Shown here piece by piece: positions 9,574-19,205 of a stretch of 64,000 nucleotides of DNA. The notes beneath the pieces are model-generated. The model was not told the origin of the DNA, did no database searches, and was given only the letters and a program-made list of their open reading frames with translations. The stretch lies in the IMG/VR virus record IMGVR_UViG_3300031994_000033, positions 67,627 to 131,626 of that record, one strand, 5' to 3'. The DNA is from a virus. Lineage: Duplodnaviria; Caudoviricetes. The position numbers and the translations under genes are program-made. Position 1 is the first letter of the stretch. Each line of letters starts with the position of its first letter.

Positions 9574-9613
9574 GTGTAAACTTAAGTTTACTTATACTGC
9601 TTTTTATAAAGGG

Positions 9614-9642
9614 TTTAGAATTCTCACGGATTTACCTATATT
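9614..9642 (+). promoter_or_regulatory. sigma70-like early promoter for the paralog array operon
   Basis: TTTAGA-N17-TATATT, followed by the leader AACTTCAACAAAGGACC. Confidence 0.75.
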
Positions 9643-9672
9643 AGCTGTGTAAACTTCAACAAAGGACCAACT

Positions 9673-9966
9673 ATGAATCTCCACGACCAGCTTGACTACA
9701 AGATCGAACCGATGGGCGCACTCTGTTACCTGTCTAGCGCAAGCCATATCAATCACAAGCGCATCGAGGAGTCAGACTTCGTCAACAAGTACGACCACGA
9801 CTCTGAGAACGCTCAAGAATACGGCTGCGGAAACATGAAGGCAGACGTCAAGGCATCAACTCCTGAAGTACTTGCTAAGTATGGAATTGACGAGGACGAG
9901 TACAAGATCATCGCTTTCGAGATCTCGCATGCTCTCTCGTTCGGTCCTTGCGGATGGTGCGTATGA
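9673..9966 (+). CDS. Hypothetical protein
   Basis: ORF with AAGGA RBS; C-terminal CGWC. Confidence 0.75.
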   Translation: MNLHDQLDYKIEPMGALCYLSSASHINHKRIEESDFVNKYDHDSENAQEYGCGNMKADVKASTPEVLAKYGIDEDEYKIIAFEISHALSFGPCGWCV

Positions 9967-10175
9967 TCACTTCAAGAGACGCTTTCATGATACTCGATCG
10001 GAACGGATTTCGCGTACCGAACGGTGGTGACAGCTACGGAGAGATCACGTACAACGGCGAACGATCGAAGCAGGTCAGAGCCTGCTTCGAAAATCGGAAC
10101 AACAAGATGTGTGAGATCGACAGACAGATCGCTATTCTTGAGGCTGAGTACTATCGTAGACATAAGGAAGACTAA
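9963..10175 (+). CDS. Short or truncated member of the tandem paralog family
   Basis: MITSRDAFMILDRNGFRV...ITYNGE matches the family N-terminus; ATGA overlap. Confidence 0.55.
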   Translation: MITSRDAFMILDRNGFRVPNGGDSYGEITYNGERSKQVRACFENRNNKMCEIDRQIAILEAEYYRRHKED

Positions 10176-10519
10176 TGGAATTAACTATAGCAGAAGCGAA
10201 AGAGATCATTGAATCGAGAGGATTGACTATCGACTCTAACATGCCGAATGATCAGAATCCTGCGATCTACTGGAAGGGCGAATGGGTCGGCTACATATCG
10301 GAGTTCAGCGTATCCATACACCAGGATCTTCCGTCTCTCGGACTGACTGAACAAGGCGAGCTGATTCCGTTCTCTGACGGCAATGCAGACCAACGGCTAT
10401 CTAGAAGGATAGACACATTGAAGGATTCGCCCAGAAGATATGAAGAAGGTCTGCGTCAGGAGAAAGTGGACGACATACGCGACTACTTCAACAGACGCAA
10501 GGACAGAACATGTGCTTGA
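10175..10519 (+). CDS. Tandem paralog family member (YF-helix)
   Basis: ...RRYEEGLRQEKVDDIRDYFNRR. Confidence 0.8.
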   Translation: MELTIAEAKEIIESRGLTIDSNMPNDQNPAIYWKGEWVGYISEFSVSIHQDLPSLGLTEQGELIPFSDGNADQRLSRRIDTLKDSPRRYEEGLRQEKVDDIRDYFNRRKDRTCA

Positions 10520-10875
10520 CATACTATGAAGCGATGAATCTTTTGAAGTCGAAAGGTATCGAGTTCGACGGCAACGAACTCCTTCTCGATGGTGAAGTCG
10601 TAGGACATCTGTGGGAAACAATGCTCGTCATATCCAAAGAAATTCCGTCTCTATACAATCGTCTGTATGCTGAAATGGAGAAGACTAGGATCGGATTGAG
10701 CAGCGCCGATGCTCAAGAAGCGATCTCAAAGGCAGTCAAATGTCTCAAATCGTCACAAGTTCGATACGAGAAGACATTGAAAGAGATGAGAATCTCCGAT
10801 ATACGCGACTACTTCAAGAGACGCAAGAACGCTGTAAACGAAATTGAACAATTTATGCTAGCGGAGATGTGCTGA
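10510..10875 (+). CDS. Tandem paralog family member
   Basis: ...RYEKTLKEMRISDIRDYFKRR. Confidence 0.8.
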   Translation: MCLTYYEAMNLLKSKGIEFDGNELLLDGEVVGHLWETMLVISKEIPSLYNRLYAEMEKTRIGLSSADAQEAISKAVKCLKSSQVRYEKTLKEMRISDIRDYFKRRKNAVNEIEQFMLAEMC

Positions 10876-11327
10876 TGCAATTGCTTGACAAGTCGAGAGG
10901 ACCGCTTCCTGGAAGCGTCGCGAACAACCGCAAGTTCGTGATCAACTATATGCGCAATCACGGATTCGAAGTCAAAGCGGACGGCCTGTCTGAATATCCC
11001 GACAAGTACAACTACTATCTTCGTGGCGAGCTAGTAGCGTTGTCGTATGAGAACGTTATGTATCTCTATCCTGTTCTGCAATCACTTGTCGAGATGGGCA
11101 TTCTAGCGCAGAGAAGAAATACTGAGATACCGTTCGATCTGCCGAGCATCGAAGTACACAATCGTCTGCAAGAGGCTGTGAAGGAGCTCAAGAACAGCTA
11201 TGACTCTTATGACGATCTAGTCAAGAAGTCGAGAGTGCAGAAGATCAGAGAGTATTTCAAGTACAGGAATATCGAGAATCAGGATGTAAAAGAGTACAAC
11301 AAGCTTATGAAAGGGCTAATGAGATGA
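10869..11327 (+). CDS. Tandem paralog family member
   Basis: ...SYDDLVKKSRVQKIREYFKYR. Confidence 0.8.
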   Translation: MLMQLLDKSRGPLPGSVANNRKFVINYMRNHGFEVKADGLSEYPDKYNYYLRGELVALSYENVMYLYPVLQSLVEMGILAQRRNTEIPFDLPSIEVHNRLQEAVKELKNSYDSYDDLVKKSRVQKIREYFKYRNIENQDVKEYNKLMKGLMR

Positions 11328-11728
11328 CGAGAGATGAAGTAGAGCTGAGAATGAAGCAGATCGGATTCGAGCTACGAAGAGAAGATCCGCAGGATCCTTA
11401 TGCTACTATCTGGCTGAACAACGAGCTCATTGGAGATCTGACTCCAGCTGGAATCGATGTAGCTATCTATCTTCCGAGTTATGTTGGTAAAAATTGGATG
11501 GCTGTCGAACGACAGAGATGCGGTTATGGTACGATAGCAAATGCGAACTACTTCAGGAATCTTAAACGCGATCTTCTCGATACTCCGAGACGCTATGATG
11601 AAGCGCTGAGGAAAGCACGAGTGAAGGAAGTACAGAAGTATTTCAAGTACAAGCAAGAGTCTCACAGGTTAGCTGATCTTGCATGGAAAACCTTGTACCC
11701 AGGATTCAAGAAGGCAAGAGGTGAGTGA
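11324..11728 (+). CDS. Tandem paralog family member
   Basis: ...RRYDEALRKARVKEVQKYFKYK. Confidence 0.8.
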   Translation: MTRDEVELRMKQIGFELRREDPQDPYATIWLNNELIGDLTPAGIDVAIYLPSYVGKNWMAVERQRCGYGTIANANYFRNLKRDLLDTPRRYDEALRKARVKEVQKYFKYKQESHRLADLAWKTLYPGFKKARGE

Positions 11729-12078
11729 TGAAGATAAAATTGTTTGAAGTGTCAAAGCTGCTAGATGAGGCAGGTTTCGAACGCAAAGGCATCGAAGTCG
11801 ATTACTTGGGAGAACGAGTTGGAAGACAGTGGCACGATGAGCTCGTGCTCTTTGACGAGCACCCGAGAATCAGCTTAAAAGACTACGAGAATGCAGACAA
11901 GACCTTCGTCAAGTACAAAGACAAAGAAGCGAAAGAGAAGATAATAGCAGCTATTCGCACGCTCAAGGAATCTCATCGAGAGTACGAGCAGAAGATCCGA
12001 TCCGACAAGGTCAGCGCTATCAAGATGTACTTCGATCTGAGAAAGGAAAGACAAGAGATGCATGAGAGGATGGTATAA
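11725..12078 (+). CDS. Tandem paralog family member
   Basis: ...EYEQKIRSDKVSAIKMYFDLR. Confidence 0.8.
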   Translation: MMKIKLFEVSKLLDEAGFERKGIEVDYLGERVGRQWHDELVLFDEHPRISLKDYENADKTFVKYKDKEAKEKIIAAIRTLKESHREYEQKIRSDKVSAIKMYFDLRKERQEMHERMV

Positions 12079-12080
12079 TT

Positions 12081-12503
12081 ATGAATGAAGAGATCTCTAG
12101 GACAAGAGAGATTGCAATTGAACGGCTTCAGGCAGCTGGTCTCGAAGTTACTGATGTACCGCGAGACAAGACGACATATCCTGATCTTCACTTCGAGATA
12201 TGGTATCACGGCGAGAAGGTCGGTGACATATACGAAAACGAGATGTATCTCGCTACAGCGCTGCCATCTCTAGAACAGCTGGGCGTATTCACGTCAGTGT
12301 CTAAGAGCTCGATAGCTTTCGGCGTTCAGAGCGCCATCGATCTGCTTCTGACCGAGACGTTAGAGAGACTGACGAGATCAGCCGAGAAATACGACGAGCT
12401 CGTCCGCGAGAAGCGCATCACTGACGTTCGAAACTACTTCAAAGACAGAGAAGACAGAGAGTTCGCTAAGTCACTACATGACGCAGACAGGAGCAGAGTA
12501 TGA
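12081..12503 (+). CDS. Tandem paralog family member
   Basis: ...KYDELVREKRITDVRNYFKDR. Confidence 0.8.
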   Translation: MNEEISRTREIAIERLQAAGLEVTDVPRDKTTYPDLHFEIWYHGEKVGDIYENEMYLATALPSLEQLGVFTSVSKSSIAFGVQSAIDLLLTETLERLTRSAEKYDELVREKRITDVRNYFKDREDREFAKSLHDADRSRV

Positions 12504-12841
12504 AGCTAACAAGAGCTGAATGCATATACCTGATCGAGAAGGCTGGAATGGAAGTCAAAGAGGAGAACATCAGCCTCAACGCATATCGTGACCGGATATT
12601 GTACAAGGATGAGAGGATAGGCACTGTGTACTATGACAGCGTATCGCTCAGCCCTCACTACGACTATGACGACAGTCCAGTGACTATCAAGTACAGAGAA
12701 GAGAACGCAGTGGAGCGGCTAGAGAAAGCTCTAAACTTGATAGTCAACTACGATGCTGAGTCTGAGCTGAGAACTCAGAGAGTCAAGGCAGTCAAGAAGT
12801 ACTTCGAAGACAAAGCGATAGAGAAGAAGTGGAGTGTATGA
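12500..12841 (+). CDS. Tandem paralog family member
   Basis: ...SELRTQRVKAVKKYFEDK. Confidence 0.8.
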   Translation: MKLTRAECIYLIEKAGMEVKEENISLNAYRDRILYKDERIGTVYYDSVSLSPHYDYDDSPVTIKYREENAVERLEKALNLIVNYDAESELRTQRVKAVKKYFEDKAIEKKWSV

Positions 12842-12941
12842 AGCAAACAATTCTATTATATTTTAAGATATGTAACAGAATTAGCTTCGAATAATATAAT
12901 GCCAGATTGCAATAGTCAAAACGATAAAAGGAGTATAACAC

Positions 12942-13457
12942 ATGACCATTACTGACGAAAAGTATTTCAGAGAGCATAGCGATGTAGTTCAGGTCAGTGC
13001 GTATGCGCTGCACGATGTTCTTCATGCTCTCAAGAACGATAACTGCGAGTGCCTAGTGTCCAAGGAAGACGGACATATAGTCGTGCATTACTGTAAGAAA
13101 CGCAAAGAAAAGACTGATGACAAATCTTCAGCGTGCACAGATTGTAACTCGGACTCAGAACAGACGATTGACTTGCACGACTGGAACGATGTCTCAAACA
13201 CGAAAATCCCACTCAACGAGGAAATCTTCGCTCTGCTCGAAGACAGGCAGAATCCAGAAAAACTCAGACCGGAAGTCATCGTCGCAAAGATGATGCTAGC
13301 CAAGAGACTTCTCTGGACGGAAAACAAAGAAGGCTATGTCCTCTGCTACGATGTCCCAGCAGGCAACTTCCATAGCTGCAACGGGTCCCAAATCAAGTAC
13401 TGGAAACCTGTTGACATCCCTGTGAGAACTAGACGAGGCAACATCGAAGACCAATAG
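12942..13457 (+). CDS. Hypothetical protein
   Basis: AAGGAG RBS; C-terminal IKYWKPV resembles DUF551-like phage domains. Confidence 0.7.
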   Translation: MTITDEKYFREHSDVVQVSAYALHDVLHALKNDNCECLVSKEDGHIVVHYCKKRKEKTDDKSSACTDCNSDSEQTIDLHDWNDVSNTKIPLNEEIFALLEDRQNPEKLRPEVIVAKMMLAKRLLWTENKEGYVLCYDVPAGNFHSCNGSQIKYWKPVDIPVRTRRGNIEDQ

Positions 13458-13470
13458 AGGAGAAACTCCA

Positions 13471-13914
13471 ATGATTCTCGCAATCCTATTGATCATCTTC
13501 ATCATCGTACTCATATCAGCACTACTGTACATCCTCGGACGCTTAGTAGCAAAGCGTATGATCTCAAGGCGAAAGAAGTATCAAGATCATATCGACAGCA
13601 TGGTAGAAGAGCTGTTTCCTCCATCTATCCAAGCGGCTATCCAAGACTCTTCTGCTATAGACACGACTATCCAAGCGGCTATCCAAGACACTACTGTCCA
13701 AGAAGCTGCTGTCATCGAGTCAGATCTCCAGCGCCAAGAGGCCAAGCGCAAGATGGTCGCAGACATCCGCAAGTACTTCAATCAACGCAAGATAGACGCA
13801 ACACTCGCAAAGGTACAGGGATCTAGTGACTTCGTTAAGATCAATCCGTCAGCAGGATCTTATAGCGAGCAGATCATCCCGTCTCCTCCATCTCTCCAGA
13901 TGATCCTCGAATGA
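13471..13914 (+). CDS. N-terminally membrane-anchored protein carrying the YF-helix motif
   Basis: Hydrophobic residues 2-22; IQAAIQD repeats; KRKMVADIRKYFNQRK. Confidence 0.75.
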   Translation: MILAILLIIFIIVLISALLYILGRLVAKRMISRRKKYQDHIDSMVEELFPPSIQAAIQDSSAIDTTIQAAIQDTTVQEAAVIESDLQRQEAKRKMVADIRKYFNQRKIDATLAKVQGSSDFVKINPSAGSYSEQIIPSPPSLQMILE

Positions 13915-14625
13915 CATCCTCCCATCCCTATAAGGATCTCTGTTATAGTCCCCATACTTGGAAAGTGTCCTCTTATTGGCACTATTTCCGGCAGGTTTCC
14001 TGGCCGCTATACCCGGCCCAAAACCGGCAATTTCACCGGGTCCCAGTATAAAACGCTCTCACTTCCAAAACTTTGTATTAAGGCATATAGCCGTCTATCC
14101 GTCCCGTCTCACCCGAAGGTGCCCTATATCGCGACGGGATCCCTCACGTTCACGCACGGAGAAATTTCCAAAAAAAAATTCCTAAAAAAATTTGACTCCT
14201 CGCAATCGCCACGCAGAATCCGCCAAAACCTCGCAGAACCCGCAAAACTCATGTTATGTTCAAAACTGGGTTTATGTTCAAAAACCCATCTTATGTCCAA
14301 AACCCCCGTTATGTTGCCGTCCGAAGAAATTTTTCCAAAAAATTTTTCCAAAAAAAATTGACCCACGTGCGCTTGCCTCTATCGCAGATGCCTCTATCGC
14401 AGATGCCTCTATCGCAGATGCCTCTAAATGCGCTTTATCTTACATCGCGAGAAATTTTTTCCAAATTTTTTTTTCCAAATTTTTTGGGCTTCTTCAACAC
14501 CCCAGCTGATGGCTTCGTGAGGGAAACGTAACGTAATGAAAATATGATGAAGCTGAGAAAACTTCCTGAGACAGAAAATTTTCTATTGCAGAAAAGTTTC
14601 TAGCACAGAAAAGTTTCTATATATA
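13915..14625. repeat. Non-coding repeat-rich region, putative replication origin
   Basis: Three A/T-tract blocks (about 14160, 14326, 14451); TTATGTTCAAAA-like x4 (14254-14315); GCCTCTATCGCAGAT x3 (14375-14426); CAGAAAAGTTTCTA-like x3 (14572-14619); local C-rich to G-rich switch. Confidence 0.6.
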
Positions 14626-14648
14626 CTGTACAAGGAGCTTATGAACTC

Positions 14649-15194
14649 ATGAGAAACGAAGAGAAGCTTTCGATAACTTCACTGACGATCACAGCGAGAG
14701 GCGTGATCGACTTGTACCGCTGGTGCGCAGAGAGACTGAACAAGCCGTGCTCTGATCCCGTCGTCGGCTTAGCGATCTCGATCAACGAGATGATTCTGGC
14801 TGAGCCCTATCGAGAGATCGCTCAGCGGCTCTGGTACAGAGAGGCCGATCCCAAGTGGCAAGACTGGCGTCGAGCCGAGGCTGGATGCGTCGAGAAGTGG
14901 GCTGATCGAGACAACAGCGGCAGCCTCAGGCGTGACCGGAACGGCGATCCGACTTTCACCGAGAACGCCGTCGAGATGGACAAAGAGATCGAGACGCTGA
15001 AGCAGTCGGAAGAGTTCAGGGAGCTGTGGGAGAAGATCCGCAGCTCTCGTGAAGCGAACGAGGAGGTCCTGTCGAGCGCATCGACGGTCAAGGTGTGCTG
15101 CATCGACTGCTGGGACCACTGCCCATCAGACGCTTCGCCGAGAATTCTGGGACTGCTCATGGGCAGAGAAGTTCAGAGACTGATGCAGGAGTGA
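14649..15194 (+). CDS. Hypothetical protein
   Basis: AAGGAG RBS, 181-aa ORF. Confidence 0.75.
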   Translation: MRNEEKLSITSLTITARGVIDLYRWCAERLNKPCSDPVVGLAISINEMILAEPYREIAQRLWYREADPKWQDWRRAEAGCVEKWADRDNSGSLRRDRNGDPTFTENAVEMDKEIETLKQSEEFRELWEKIRSSREANEEVLSSASTVKVCCIDCWDHCPSDASPRILGLLMGREVQRLMQE

Positions 15195-15205
15195 GAGCAC
15201 AAGGT

Positions 15206-15967
15206 ATGAGCGGAATCTTCGAGCAAGAATGGCTGTGCAGCACGGTGAGAGAGAAGCCCGTCTTCTGCACGCTCGCTGACGGATCGAACGTCGGCGGAGA
15301 GGACGCTGCGCTGTCGGAGCGCGTCTCGATCGAGGGAACTGATCTCTACGGGCTCAAGATGGCATACTACTGCGTCGACGAGAAGACATATCAGAGCGGC
15401 GCCGACGCGATCGATCCGCTCTTCGGAGAGCACCAGCTCGAGACGATCGATCGGGCGTTCTGGTTCACGGGATACGTCTCGCAGATGCCGCCGAATGTCA
15501 GGACGTACCAGCTGCAGGGCATCTGGGGAGAAGACATAGTCCAGCTGTGGACTTCGATACCCGCCTTCGAGTACTTCTCCACTTACGGGGGAGCCGACAG
15601 GAACACGCCAGAGGTGCACGACGCTCTGAAGAGCCCGCGTGTCGGAGACGTCGTCTACCTGCCAAACAACGACACTCTGTACGAGATAGTGGACGTGAAG
15701 CGGTGGGAAGAGACGCTCGGAACGACTTCCCGCTACTTCGAAGTAACGCTGCGGGTCTTCAAAGACACTAAGAGGACTGTCTCAGACGATCCGTCGATCC
15801 CAGCGGACGACGTGATCCGCAAGTTCAGTCCGAGCGAGATAGAGTCTGACGAGCCGACTCCAGACTGCTTGAGACTGAAGCCAGAAGAGACGCCAGACGA
15901 CGCTGGAAGGATCGACTTGTTCGACTGGGAGTACAATTTCGAGCCAGGAGAGGATCAAAGACGATGA
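15206..15967 (+). CDS. Neck/head-completion protein, T4 gp14-like
   Basis: EGTDLYGLKMAYY..DPLFGEH..RAFWF and PRVGDVVYLPNNDTLYEI correspond to gp14 motifs; start reassigned to ATG 15206. Confidence 0.75.
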   Translation: MSGIFEQEWLCSTVREKPVFCTLADGSNVGGEDAALSERVSIEGTDLYGLKMAYYCVDEKTYQSGADAIDPLFGEHQLETIDRAFWFTGYVSQMPPNVRTYQLQGIWGEDIVQLWTSIPAFEYFSTYGGADRNTPEVHDALKSPRVGDVVYLPNNDTLYEIVDVKRWEETLGTTSRYFEVTLRVFKDTKRTVSDDPSIPADDVIRKFSPSEIESDEPTPDCLRLKPEETPDDAGRIDLFDWEYNFEPGEDQRR

Positions 15968-16545
15968 GCTACGCTTACAGAGATCTGTTCGACGACGACG
16001 ATGACGACGACGAGGACTTCGATGGCGAAGCCGACGGATACGGATACGGCGACGACGACGAAGTCCTGTCTGCTTTCGATCGAGACGCTGTGCTCTTCAA
16101 CGAGATCACAGCGAAGCAGATCAATCGTGAGCTCGTCTCTCTGTCCAATCGAGAGCTTCTGGAGTTTCTCCAGTGGGAGCTCGACGAGCTGAAGTTCACG
16201 GAGAGCTCTGAGCTGGTTCTCGTCGGAATCGAGTTCGACGATCAGTACATCCTGCAGTTCTACAACGTGAGAGAGGACAAGACGCTCAAGACGGCTACTG
16301 GAGCTGGAAACGTCTACATGCTGATCAACGGATGGATATTGAGGACGCTCACTGACTTATATGTCTCTGAGCTATACGGCGAGCTGGGAGACGTGTATCC
16401 CTCTGATCTCACGGACTGCTACCTGAGCATTCTGACAGACGTTCTCGACTGGAAGTCTGAGACTGGCATCGAGCCAATCAGCTCTCTGTCTCCCGAGGAC
16501 GACGGACCGCTCGAAGATAGTGGTTCGGAACGTTCAGAATCGTGA
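15964..16545 (+). CDS. Hypothetical highly acidic protein
   Basis: Poly-Asp N-terminus; ATGA overlap with the gp14-like gene. Confidence 0.7.
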   Translation: MSYAYRDLFDDDDDDDEDFDGEADGYGYGDDDEVLSAFDRDAVLFNEITAKQINRELVSLSNRELLEFLQWELDELKFTESSELVLVGIEFDDQYILQFYNVREDKTLKTATGAGNVYMLINGWILRTLTDLYVSELYGELGDVYPSDLTDCYLSILTDVLDWKSETGIEPISSLSPEDDGPLEDSGSERSES

Positions 16546-16915
16546 CGCCGGCCGGAGTCTTCTTGTCTCCCCTCAGAACGAGAGCGTCCCATAGCTGGAC
16601 GCCTTCGATCACGAGTCCCCTTCTAACGATCTTGTACAGACATCCGTCTCTGGGATCCAGAGCGTCGACGCACTCGACGCCGACTTCGTTATCGATATGC
16701 TGTTCTTGCGCAGTAGGCTCTGCGTGCGCCATAGAGTACTGTTCTGTGGCCTTTTCGGTCTCAGCCAGATGTTCAGACGGCTGAAGCGCTTTCGCCTCTT
16801 TTACGGCGTTCTCGAGCGGATTCTTGATCCAGCTAGGCGTTCTCGGGTTTGTCGCGATCTTTCGGATCGCTTCGACTAGAATCTTGATCTGCTGTCTCTT
16901 CGTGTCTTCTGTCAT
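16478..16915 (-). CDS. Hypothetical protein
   Basis: 145-aa ORF with minus-strand late box GATAAATA at 16957-16964. Confidence 0.7.
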   Translation of the reverse strand: MTEDTKRQQIKILVEAIRKIATNPRTPSWIKNPLENAVKEAKALQPSEHLAETEKATEQYSMAHAEPTAQEQHIDNEVGVECVDALDPRDGCLYKIVRRGLVIEGVQLWDALVLRGDKKTPAGVTILNVPNHYLRAVRRPRETES

Positions 16916-16956
16916 TCTCTATCTTTCTCCGCTGCATCTCAGCTCTTCAGTTTAGA

Positions 16957-16989
16957 TATTTATCTGTGTATGATCTTGCGCTATAAATA
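16957..16989. promoter_or_regulatory. Divergent pair of T4-type late promoters
   Basis: TATAAATA 16982-16989 (+) and GATAAATA 16964-16957 (-). Confidence 0.65.
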
Positions 16990-17023
16990 AAGCATAGAAC
17001 ATAGCGATCGAGGCGAAATCGAG

Positions 17024-18400
17024 ATGATAGTATCTGGTGGACACATTTTAGCGATAGATGAAGTAGAGCACGACTTGAGCCTGTATGGAGACGGGGTCGG
17101 CCTTCCGCTTGGCGTCAGGAGAGACTACGTCGACAAGATAGAGTCCGTCTCTAGCAAGCTAGACGTGGTAGAGTTTCAAGAATGGTCGGCGCAGACTGAA
17201 CACTGGGACGTCGAGGAGTACTCTGGCGCAGATGGAATCGAAGTCAGCGGACACGTGATATTCGCTGATGCATCTCCTATCGTCGGAAGCGGATCAGTAG
17301 TGATTCTGCCAGGAGAGGACGGCTCGGTCGTCGTATCGGGAGAAGAAGTCGATCTGAGCGGCTATGCGACAGAAGAATGGGTCCGAGAGAGCTACACTCC
17401 TAAGCTAGAGCCATACGATGACAGCGTTCTGCTGGTCGGCAGCGCTAACGGCGAATACGACTGGGTCAAGATCCGTTCTTCTAAGTTCGGCAGCTCGCTC
17501 GTAGACTCTTCTGCCGATCTCGTCTGGTCTGAGGACAGCGATGCGCATCTCAGCGAGAACGCAGTGGAGCTATGGAGCGAGTTCTCCGGAATCGGATTCG
17601 GCGCAGAGAGAGCTTACGCTGACGTCGAGGGAAATCCGTTCTTGGACACTTACGCCACGATCGTGAGCGTGAGCTCTGGGCTAGCGCAGAAGCAAGACGA
17701 GCTTCGCTTCGGATATGACGCTTCTGGAGAGATCGTATCCATCAACAGCAGCGCTATAGCGCAGACCAAGCAAGAGCAGGCCGACTGGACAGAAGAAGAC
17801 TCTTCTGTTCCGTCTTATATAAAGAACAAGCCAGACACTTCTGAGCTAGTCGAGGGCTACGGCATCGTCTTGACATACGAGCAGGGAAGCCTGATCGTCT
17901 CGACTTCTGGCATGGCTAGTTCGGGCTATGTCGATCAATCAGTCTCTGGAAAGATGGACAAGTCCTCTTCAGCAGACTTCTATCCGATGGCTGCGAATCC
18001 GTCTGGCTATCTGATCCATTCTGATCTGAACGATTACGCTACGAAGTCAGATCTAGACTACGTATCGGGTGCAGTCGATGACTTATCCGATGACCTCGAC
18101 GACGTCTCCGCTAGCATACATGACGCCAAGCTGAAACTGCAGCTCGGCTCGGGCCAGGCTTCTGATACCGGGTTCACCGCAAATGCGGCATCGGACACCA
18201 CGGTGACTATTCCCGAAATGACCGGGGCTACGTCAGCTGCCAATGGTGTTGCGGGACTTGTACCTGCCCCAGCTGCCGGTGACGAGGACAAGGTCTTGAA
18301 GGGTGACGGAACATGGGGTGAAGCTGGAAGCTCAGTTAGAGTCATCTACGATGCAGTCAACGAAGAACTGCATCTCGACTTCAGCAATGGAGGTAACTAG
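17024..18400 (+). CDS. Tail fibre-like structural protein
   Basis: VDLSGYATEEWV, QADWTEED..SYIKNKP, GLVPAPAAG..LKGDGTW fibre motifs. Confidence 0.7.
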   Translation: MIVSGGHILAIDEVEHDLSLYGDGVGLPLGVRRDYVDKIESVSSKLDVVEFQEWSAQTEHWDVEEYSGADGIEVSGHVIFADASPIVGSGSVVILPGEDGSVVVSGEEVDLSGYATEEWVRESYTPKLEPYDDSVLLVGSANGEYDWVKIRSSKFGSSLVDSSADLVWSEDSDAHLSENAVELWSEFSGIGFGAERAYADVEGNPFLDTYATIVSVSSGLAQKQDELRFGYDASGEIVSINSSAIAQTKQEQADWTEEDSSVPSYIKNKPDTSELVEGYGIVLTYEQGSLIVSTSGMASSGYVDQSVSGKMDKSSSADFYPMAANPSGYLIHSDLNDYATKSDLDYVSGAVDDLSDDLDDVSASIHDAKLKLQLGSGQASDTGFTANAASDTTVTIPEMTGATSAANGVAGLVPAPAAGDEDKVLKGDGTWGEAGSSVRVIYDAVNEELHLDFSNGGN

Positions 18401-18401
18401 T

Positions 18402-19193
18402 ATGGCAGTGACTTATTCGCAGAATGGCGTGATTGTTAGAGGAGTATATTCATACCATAAGACATATGAATTTGGTAATTACCTTGTGGATTCTAATGGA
18501 TATATAGGTGAAGTACTTACACCTAGTTCTGGAAAAAGAACTAATGTTTCGATAGTAGATGCCAATGCAGATTTTTCAAATTCTGGATTAGGACAAGTCA
18601 CTTTTATTGAGTATGGAACAGTAGAAATTCAAGGAATTGAGCATAATACAGTAAAAGCAGGTTCTTTAATATGGCTTGCTGAAAATCTTAAAGTTGAATT
18701 TGCTGACATACCATTATTGACTGTCAACGACTTTCCTTCTACAAAAGGAATGTGGTGGATGAATGATGATAAACAAGCAGCGTTGACTAAAAGAAGAGGT
18801 GCATTGTACAACTGGTATGCTGCAAAGTACATAGATGATAATAAGTCTACATTACTTCCATCAGGTTGGCGAATGCCTACATATAATGATTGGCAGGCAT
18901 TAGGCACAGCTGCTGGAGGTGGCTCTATTGCTGGTAGAGTTTTGAAGTCTAGTAGTCAAATGTGGCAATATGGTTGGGATGGCGACGATTTGCTAGGATT
19001 TTTTGTTCAGGAGTCTGGAAGTATTCGCCAATCAGGGCAATATAGGGATTTGGAAGCTAATTATTGGACTATCTCACCTATTGGTAGTAACTATCACAAT
19101 TTTTATTTTAATAGTGATGTCGATAGACTTGGAACGTATCCTGACCCTCCAGAACGTGGTTATGCATTGCGACTGGTAAAGGACATTACCTAA
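18402..19193 (+). CDS. Fib_succ_major (FISUMP)-domain protein
   Basis: WLAENL, GALYNWYAA, LPSGWRMPT..DW, GYALRLVKD. Confidence 0.8.
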   Translation: MAVTYSQNGVIVRGVYSYHKTYEFGNYLVDSNGYIGEVLTPSSGKRTNVSIVDANADFSNSGLGQVTFIEYGTVEIQGIEHNTVKAGSLIWLAENLKVEFADIPLLTVNDFPSTKGMWWMNDDKQAALTKRRGALYNWYAAKYIDDNKSTLLPSGWRMPTYNDWQALGTAAGGGSIAGRVLKSSSQMWQYGWDGDDLLGFFVQESGSIRQSGQYRDLEANYWTISPIGSNYHNFYFNSDVDRLGTYPDPPERGYALRLVKDIT

Positions 19194-19205
19194 AGGAGCA
19201 AGTAT

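Noticed and set aside
10175-12841. Array members as HicA toxins
   Set aside because: The N-terminal helix is reminiscent, but the GSH catalytic motif is absent and no HicB-like partners are present
14254-14426. Short regularly spaced repeats considered as a mini-CRISPR
   Set aside because: Units are 12-15 bp, tandem or with only 6-7 nt gaps; no 25-40 nt unique spacers and no cas genes
13958-14531. Five overlapping ORFs of 75-105 aa in the ORF track
   Set aside because: They translate A/T tracts and tandem repeats, lack RBS and phage codon usage; the region is better explained as non-coding
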